The position numbers were made by a program, and so were the translations under genes. From NCBI GenBank assembly GCA_963664225.1, contig OY760937.1, positions 672,001-736,000 on the forward strand: a stretch of DNA of 64,000 nt, read 5' to 3'. Source of the stretch: Verrucomicrobiia bacterium (GTDB lineage: Bacteria > Verrucomicrobiota > Verrucomicrobiia > Limisphaerales > UBA1319). Positions 57,830 to 64,000 of this stretch are shown here, piece by piece (position 1 is the first letter of the stretch; the number at the start of each line of letters is the position of its first letter). Below the pieces are notes generated by a model, which saw only the letters and a program-made list of their open reading frames with translations, was not told where the DNA came from and searched no databases.

Positions 57830-59587
57830 ATGCGTTGGACACAATCGTTAATTCCCACGTTGCGGGAAACCCCGGCTGAGGCCGAGATTTTGTCGCATCA
57901 ATTGCTGCTGCGAGCGGGTTTGATCCGAAAACTCGCGGGCGGTTTATACATTTTTCTGCCGTTGGGCCTGCGTGCACTGCGCAAAGTGGAAGCCATTGTG
58001 CGGGAGGAAATGAACCGCGCGGGGGCGTTGGAAATATTGATGCCAGCCCTTCAGCCGCCGGAAATCTGGCAGGCCAGCGGTCGTTATGAGACCGCGAGCG
58101 ATGTGCTGTTCAAGGTGCGCGACAGCTCGCGAAAAGAATGGGTGCTGGGGCCGACGCATGAGGAAGTGGTGACGACACTGGTGGCCGGCGAGATCAGTTC
58201 CTATCGGCAAATGCCGCGGAATTTCTACCAGATCCAGACCAAATTCCGTGATGAAATCCGCCCGCGCTTCGGACTGATGCGCGCCAAGGAATTCATCATG
58301 AAGGATGCCTATAGCTTCGACACGAACGACGAGGGGGCTCAGGCCAGCTACAAGAAGATGTATGAGGCCTATACCCGCATCTTTCGCCGCTGCGGTTTGA
58401 AGGCGTTTCCGGTGGAGGCCGATACCGGGGTCATGGGCGGCAAGTTTTCGCACGAATTCATGGTTCCCGCCGAAACCGGTGAAAACGATGTGGCGTATTG
58501 CGATCACGGAGATTACGCGGCGAATGTGGAGAAGGCCACCAGCCGGCCATTCATTGACGGTTCGATTGCGGGGTTCGTTCCTAATGCAGAGCAGCCGGAG
58601 GTCAAGGGCGCGGAAAACGAGCCTGCGCTGGAGAAATTTGCCACGCCGGGAGTGGTCACCATCGAGGCGCTGTCCAAGGATCCCTATAAAGTGCGTCCGG
58701 GCAAGCAGATCAAGACACTCGTTTATCTGGTGGATGGCAAATTGGTCATCCTGTTGGTGCGCGGGGATCATCAGCTCAACGAAAACAAGCTGGCGGGCCT
58801 TTTGGGCACTATGACGTTCCGGGCCGCGACGGCGGACGAGATATTCGAGGCGATGGGTGCGCATCCGGGCAGCCTCGGCGCTGTGGGAGTGACCAAACTG
58901 CCGGTGTATGCCGATTTTATTCTTCGTGGCGCCACAGGGATGACCACCGGGGCCAACGAGGACGGTTTTCATTATCGCAACGTCAGCGTTGTTCGCGATA
59001 TTTCTTCGGCACAATTTGCCGATTTGCGGACCGCCAAGGTTGGAGAGGGGTGCCCAAATTGCGGTCATCCGTTGAAAATCCAACGGGCGATCGAAGTGGG
59101 CCATGTGTTCAAGCTGGGCACGAAGTACAGCAAGGCACTGAATGCGTTGTTTCTGGATGAATCGGGCAAGCAGCAGCCGGCCGTGATGGGCTGTTACGGG
59201 ATCGGGGTTACCCGGACAATGCAGGCGGTGATTGAGCAGTGCCACGATAAGGACGGCATCGTCTGGCCCATATCGGTGGCGCCCTTCGCGGTGTGCCTGA
59301 CGCCTTTGACGGTGACCCCGGGCAGCGCGCCAATGGAACTGGCCGAAAAGATCTATGCGGAACTCACCGCCAAGGGCGTGGACGTCATCATTGACGACCG
59401 CGATGAGCGCCCGGGAGTGAAGTTCAAAGACTCGGAACTGGTTGGTTTCCCAATCCGGCTGGCGATCGGGGAAAAATCCCTGGCCAAGGGAGAGGTGGAA
59501 TTAAAACTCCGCAGCGGGGCGATGACACCCGTTAAAGTGGAGGAAGCAGTCGCCAGGATCATGGAACTGTTGTCTCCCAAGGAATAG
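57830..59587 (+). CDS. proS: Proline--tRNA ligase (bacterial type with editing domain)
   Basis: LGPTHEE, FRDEIRPRFGLMR, IEVGHVFKLGTKYS and MGCYGIG motifs. Confidence 0.97.
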   Translation: MRWTQSLIPTLRETPAEAEILSHQLLLRAGLIRKLAGGLYIFLPLGLRALRKVEAIVREEMNRAGALEILMPALQPPEIWQASGRYETASDVLFKVRDSSRKEWVLGPTHEEVVTTLVAGEISSYRQMPRNFYQIQTKFRDEIRPRFGLMRAKEFIMKDAYSFDTNDEGAQASYKKMYEAYTRIFRRCGLKAFPVEADTGVMGGKFSHEFMVPAETGENDVAYCDHGDYAANVEKATSRPFIDGSIAGFVPNAEQPEVKGAENEPALEKFATPGVVTIEALSKDPYKVRPGKQIKTLVYLVDGKLVILLVRGDHQLNENKLAGLLGTMTFRAATADEIFEAMGAHPGSLGAVGVTKLPVYADFILRGATGMTTGANEDGFHYRNVSVVRDISSAQFADLRTAKVGEGCPNCGHPLKIQRAIEVGHVFKLGTKYSKALNALFLDESGKQQPAVMGCYGIGVTRTMQAVIEQCHDKDGIVWPISVAPFAVCLTPLTVTPGSAPMELAEKIYAELTAKGVDVIIDDRDERPGVKFKDSELVGFPIRLAIGEKSLAKGEVELKLRSGAMTPVKVEEAVARIMELLSPKE

Positions 59588-59612
59588 TCGATCGAATTAT
59601 AAAGATTGAACA

Positions 59613-59657
59613 GGGCCGGGCGGAGTGGAGTTTCCATCTCGCCCGGCTCGTTTTTTT
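59613..59657 (+). terminator. Rho-independent terminator after proS
   Basis: GGGCCGGGCG...CGCCCGGCTC followed by T7. Confidence 0.75.
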
Positions 59658-59663
59658 AGCCGG

Positions 59664-60998
59664 TTATTTCCGACCGGCTTTGGCCACATAAACTTCTTCG
59701 TTGGGGAGGCTCCGAATGATCATTTCCACAGTGCGTTCGATGGCGCCCTGATTATCCGTGACCACTTTGAGGGCGTTTTGGCCCAGCTCCTGGCAGCGCT
59801 TTTCATTGGCCAGGAGCGAGGACAAGGCGGCTTCCAGTTCAGCAGGATTCTGCACCTGGACAGCGGCATTGTTTTTGACGAAGGCCTGGGCAATGGCCGC
59901 AAAATTCTGCATGTTCGGACCAAATACCATGGCTTTGCCCAAGGCGCCCGGCTCGATGGGATTTTGACCGCCCTGGGCCGTCAGACTTTTCCCGACAAAA
60001 ATCACGGTGGAGCGCTCGTAAAAGTATTTCAACTCACCCGTGGAATTCACCAGCAGGCAATCGATGGAACCTGTTGCGGGTTTATAACTGGGCACCACCT
60101 CGCTGCGATAGGCAAAGGGGATGCCACATTTTTCCAAGACCCGTCCCACTTCGCGGCCGCGCTCAAAATGCCGTGGCACCATTACGAGAAAAAGTTCCGG
60201 AAATTTTTGTTTCAGGCGTTTGAAACATTGCGCCAGAATTTCCTCTTCGCCGTTGTGAGTGCTGCCGCAGACCAGCAAGCGGGCATTTTCCGATGCGCCG
60301 AGCTGGCGGAGCATTGCGGGCACGTCCAGGAGGCGTCGCTCATTGAGTTTGGCGGAGTCAAATTTCATGTTGCCCATGACGTGAACCGCCTCGGGCTGAC
60401 ATCCCAGGTTTCGCAAACGCTCGCCATCTTCGGCGCTCTGAACACCCACACCGGCAAAACTTGCAAACAGATCCCGAAATAAAAGCCCAAACCGTGTATA
60501 GCCGCGGTACGAACGATCCGAGAGCCGGGCGTTGACCAGAAATACCGGGATGTTGCGGCTTTTGGCCTGCCAGAGAAAATTGGGCCAGATTTCGGCTTCG
60601 ACGAGTACGATGGCCTCCGGGCGGAGGGTGCTCAAGGCGCGTTGGACGCATTTTTTGCGATCCACCGGATAGTAGATTTTTGCGATGTGACTGGGCAATT
60701 TTCGCTTCAACTCACCCATGCCGGTGGTAGTGGTGGTTGAAACAATGATTTTTAAATTGGGTACTCGAGGCTCAAGGGCGCGGATGAGTTGTGTGCAGAT
60801 GTTGACTTCGCCCACGCTTACTGCATGAAGCCAGATCACCTGCCGGTTGGTAATGGCTTGTTTTAGCTTGGCATCATAATGGCCAAAACGTTGTTTAAAA
60901 CCATCCAACCAATTACCCCGTCTCCACATCCGCATAAAATAGTACGGCGATGACAGGACGAAAAACAGCAGGAACAGAACATTATAAATAATTCGCAT
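59664..60998 (-). CDS. waaA: 3-deoxy-D-manno-octulosonic acid transferase
   Basis: WLHAVSVGE, EAEIWPN, NARLSDRS, VPRHFER and GGQNPIEP motifs. Confidence 0.95.
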   Translation of the reverse strand: MRIIYNVLFLLFFVLSSPYYFMRMWRRGNWLDGFKQRFGHYDAKLKQAITNRQVIWLHAVSVGEVNICTQLIRALEPRVPNLKIIVSTTTTTGMGELKRKLPSHIAKIYYPVDRKKCVQRALSTLRPEAIVLVEAEIWPNFLWQAKSRNIPVFLVNARLSDRSYRGYTRFGLLFRDLFASFAGVGVQSAEDGERLRNLGCQPEAVHVMGNMKFDSAKLNERRLLDVPAMLRQLGASENARLLVCGSTHNGEEEILAQCFKRLKQKFPELFLVMVPRHFERGREVGRVLEKCGIPFAYRSEVVPSYKPATGSIDCLLVNSTGELKYFYERSTVIFVGKSLTAQGGQNPIEPGALGKAMVFGPNMQNFAAIAQAFVKNNAAVQVQNPAELEAALSSLLANEKRCQELGQNALKVVTDNQGAIERTVEMIIRSLPNEEVYVAKAGRK

Positions 60999-61230
60999 GC
61001 GTCAACAGTCAATTGATTGACGCTCTATTCTTGTCACACCACAAGGGGAAATGACAAAGAAATAATTCCGTCCTTATTATCCGCAGGCTCTCCATAAAGG
61101 AACTCTGCTATAAGCGAAAAGTGCGATATGCCCGAGGATATGAGCCATTGATCGTTTTTTCATGGTTTGCTTTGAGATATCATCTCAGCCGGTAACGATA
61201 CCGCCCATGTTTATCTTTCAAAGCGCTGGT

Positions 61231-61593
61231 TTACGGTAATTTCCCCATTACCTGCTCCGGCGTCACTCCAACCAAGGCTATTGTCTTATGACGCGAAGTG
61301 TGACCGCGTACGAGTTGGATGTGGTTGCGGGGACAATCCAGGACATCGGCAAGGAGGCGCAAAAGGGCTTCATTCGCTGCGGCATCGACTGGAGGCGCGG
61401 TGACTTTGACGCGTAATTCGGCCCCAAGAGGACCTTCGATTTCGTTCCTGGAAGCGCGGGGTTGGAGTTTCACCGCCAACAGCAAAGTGTTCTCCTGTTG
61501 TCGGAGAAATGCCGGCAGTGGACAGGCGATTGGCGAGTTTCCCGGTTTTGGCGGAGGAAAAACGGCTTTTTTCTTTTTCTGATTAAGGGACAC
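61231..61593 (-). CDS. DUF167/YggU family protein
   Basis: VKLQPRASRNEI, VTAPPVDAAAN and GHTSRHK motifs. Confidence 0.88.
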   Translation of the reverse strand: MSLNQKKKKAVFPPPKPGNSPIACPLPAFLRQQENTLLLAVKLQPRASRNEIEGPLGAELRVKVTAPPVDAAANEALLRLLADVLDCPRNHIQLVRGHTSRHKTIALVGVTPEQVMGKLP

Positions 61594-61629
61594 AGATCGT
61601 TTTTGGCAGAGTCAAAGCACTTTGCTAAA

Positions 61630-62022
61630 TCAATTGTTCAATGTCTTAAGAGCCTTGTTTTGATCTGAAGTGCGGATGATAAGGAGGCCGTTTTTTGATT
61701 TTGGCGGTGTGGCCGAATAGCAGTATTCGATGTTGATATGGGCTTTGGAGAGCTTTTCGGAAATTTCCACCAGAGCGCCGGGCTTGTTCGAGCACTCGAT
61801 CATGAGCACCTCATTGGTAATGGTGAGGGTGTTATGGTCTTGGAAAATCTGAAGAGCGCGTGCGGTATCGTTAACGATCATGCGCACCACATTATAGTCC
61901 ACCGTGTCGCCAGTGGAGAGCGCATGGATGTTGATTTTGGCATCGCGCAAGGCCTGGCAAACACGGGCCAGGGTGCCGGGACGATTTTGAAGAAACACGG
62001 CTATCTGCGTGGCGATGTTCAT
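61630..62022 (-). CDS. Tandem ACT-domain protein
   Basis: QIAVFLQNRPGTLA..INI and NKPGAL..INIEYCY. Confidence 0.85.
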   Translation of the reverse strand: MNIATQIAVFLQNRPGTLARVCQALRDAKINIHALSTGDTVDYNVVRMIVNDTARALQIFQDHNTLTITNEVLMIECSNKPGALVEISEKLSKAHINIEYCYSATPPKSKNGLLIIRTSDQNKALKTLNN

Positions 62023-62301
62023 GATCATATAAAAATCCCGGTTGAATCTGATCCACCCAACTCCTGGAAGAGGTGATCGTCAAGCGGGAAGTACCGGTAT
62101 TGTAAGGCAATCTGTGGATTGCAGTGGGCCAAAAGCGATGGAAAACTTTATTGAATCGAGTGAAATGAGGCGACGTCTAACCTTTCAATAGAAGCGCGGA
62201 ACGGGTTCTTGCGCCAAGATAATGGATCAGTTAAACTGAACAGATCATTAAGAAATGACAGATTGCAGTGCAAGACCTGCAAGCTGAAAACGAAAAGAAA
62301 T

Positions 62302-62649
62302 ATGAAAAAAATCCAAATTGCATTGATGGTCACGGCGCTGACAATTGGCGCATTCGGCGTTCAGGCGCAGGATGTCAAAGCGGAAGCCAAGGCGAATTTC
62401 GAAAAATTCTGTGCCGGTTGTCATGGAAAAGAAGGCAAGGGTGACACAAAACTGGGGCAGAAGCTTGAGGCCAGGGATTATACCGATGCGAAGGTTCAGT
62501 CCACCTTGAAGGAAGAGGACATGTTCAAAGCCATCAAGGAGGGTTTGAAAAAAGGGGACAAAGTTTTGATGAAGCCATACAGCGACAAATTCACTGATGC
62601 GCAAATCAAGGCTCTGGTTGCGTATGTCAAGGACTTCGCCAAAAAGTAA
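62302..62649 (+). CDS. Monoheme class I cytochrome c
   Basis: Signal peptide, CAGCH and the distal-Met segment LMKPY. Confidence 0.9.
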   Translation: MKKIQIALMVTALTIGAFGVQAQDVKAEAKANFEKFCAGCHGKEGKGDTKLGQKLEARDYTDAKVQSTLKEEDMFKAIKEGLKKGDKVLMKPYSDKFTDAQIKALVAYVKDFAKK

Positions 62650-62712
62650 GTAAATTACCAATCATTTTGCCAGCCATTCAGGCGTTTGGGCTTGATGGCG
62701 CCACTCAACGTT

Positions 62713-62746
62713 AAATCCCTGTTTTATGACAGGGATTTTTCATTTT
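62713..62746 (+). terminator. Rho-independent terminator after cytochrome c
   Basis: AAATCCCTGT-tttatg-ACAGGGATTT followed by TTCATTTT. Confidence 0.75.
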
Positions 62747-62975
62747 CAAGCAGGCGCGCAAACTCCCGGGGCGATGGCGCAAACCAGGAAATAAGGGCAT
62801 TTTAGTTGGAAGGACGTTGAGGAGCGTGGAGAGCGTTAAAATTATAGACAGAATTGCCACAAAACGCTTTGCCTTGTGGAAATAGCGTGATAGAAATTGT
62901 TTAGTAAAGCCACAGAAGATCATACCACGCATGCCCATGGGCCAGTGTGGTTCGATTGTATTAAAGAAATTGATT

Positions 62976-64000
62976 ATGAATACAGTATCCAGCCTGAAAA
63001 TTGTCACTAAAAACCTCAAAGGGCTTGTCGAAGCAGCATTAGCCGACTCTGGCGGTTTGTTGCGTCTGGCTCCTTGCTGGGTTCCCCGCTCTTTCCTGCA
63101 TCCCGGCCGTCGATTAAAATTGGCTCCTCAAGATTTATATGCATTTGGAGTCAATCGCGGCGGCATTGATGAAAGATGGTTTGCTTCGACCACACCCGCA
63201 GCCAATGAAAATCGCACGGAGGATGAGGGCTTGAGCTACGTTGCGGCTGGGGGACAACGGTTTACGCTGAAGGATGCCGTTGACCAGGCTGGGGCCACCA
63301 TTGTAGGCAAACGACTCTGGAACAAATACAAAAGGTGGCCGGTTTATTCGAAATTCTTCGACAACATGGGACCGATTCCTCATCACATGCACCAATCGGC
63401 AAAGCATGCCAAATTGATTGGCCTGGAAGGCAAGCCGGAGTCGTATTATTTTCCGCCGCAACACAATAACGTGGGAAACAATTTCCCATATACCTTCTTT
63501 GGTTTTGAGCCTGGAACGACGAAAGCGCAAGTGCGCAAGTGTCTTGAGAATTGGAATGTTGAGGATAATGGGATTCTGGATTTGTCCAAAGCCTACCGTT
63601 TGAAACCAGGTTCCGGCTGGCTTGTAGGGCCTGGCATTCTTCACGCGCCCGGCTCGCTTTGCACCTATGAACCGCAATGGGGTTCGGACGTGTTCGGGAT
63701 GTATCAAAACCTGGTCGAAGGGCGGGAAGTGCCCTGGTCGCTGTTGGTTAAAGACATGCCCAAGGAAAAGCAAAAGGATCTGGATTTCATCGTGAGCGAG
63801 CTCGATTGGGAGGCGAATGTCGATCCGAATTTCAAGGAGAACCACTATCTGGAGCCGGTGCCTGTGGCCGACACGCGCAAGGAAGGTTACGTGGATCGTT
63901 GGATTGTTTATGACAAGATCAACGGTCAGCAGAGTTTCACAGCGAAGGAGTTGACCATCGATCCGGGAACGCGTTGCACCATCAAGGACGGCGGGGCTTA
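62976..64000 (+). CDS. Cupin-fold, mannose-6-phosphate-isomerase-like conserved protein (runs off the window)
   Basis: Manual translation MNTVSSLK..LRLAPCWVPRSF..GGIDERWFAS..KFFDNMGPIPHHMH..GKPESYYF..GILHAPGS. Open to the window end. Not in the ORF track. Confidence 0.7.
   Translation, partial: MNTVSSLKIVTKNLKGLVEAALADSGGLLRLAPCWVPRSFLHPGRRLKLAPQDLYAFGVNRGGIDERWFASTTPAANENRTEDEGLSYVAAGGQRFTLKDAVDQAGATIVGKRLWNKYKRWPVYSKFFDNMGPIPHHMHQSAKHAKLIGLEGKPESYYFPPQHNNVGNNFPYTFFGFEPGTTKAQVRKCLENWNVEDNGILDLSKAYRLKPGSGWLVGPGILHAPGSLCTYEPQWGSDVFGMYQNLVEGREVPWSLLVKDMPKEKQKDLDFIVSELDWEANVDPNFKENHYLEPVPVADTRKEGYVDRWIVYDKINGQQSFTAKELTIDPGTRCTIKDGGA

Noticed and set aside
61000..61022. Palindrome CGTCAA...TTGACG just upstream of waaA
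   Set aside because: A single short occurrence with no second site or cognate regulator, so the evidence is insufficient.

Overview
Bacterial chromosomal window, most likely Verrucomicrobiota of the Pedosphaera/Limisphaera type. This is an inference from the PEP-CTERM protein, two surface proteins ending in an '..STNL..W..FYR' domain, the dnaB-bamA-skp order and the GSAGASP-type REP repeats. Core genes are ilvB-trpA, a DHH phosphoesterase-rph-prmA run, skp-bamA-dnaB, ald, hrpB, tRNA-Val(GAC), proS and waaA. Accessory blocks are a redox/stress cluster (ycaC-like hydrolase, two SDRs, wrbA), carbohydrate-active and secreted proteins, an MBOAT plus SGNH-like O-acylation pair, a parDE module and an Ehr-type (hydrogenase-4-related, Ni-ligand-less) membrane complex with an embedded HTH-PTS IIA gene. 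The strongest candidate for an uncharacterised system is a ~9 kb phage-free cassette at 45.6-54.8 kb: a Nif11-like small protein, a sulfotransferase-like protein, a 2OG/Fe dioxygenase, two DUF6916-like proteins (one Tat-exported), a GNAT behind a perfect sigma54 promoter, three tandem tail-collar proteins, a large adhesin and a PEP-CTERM protein. Also notable are an unannotated Val/Leu-rich leader peptide with a full terminator/antiterminator attenuator upstream of ilvB-trpA, and an alphaCTD-sigma4-multi-winged-helix protein. All family assignments were made by eye from motifs; no searches were run.
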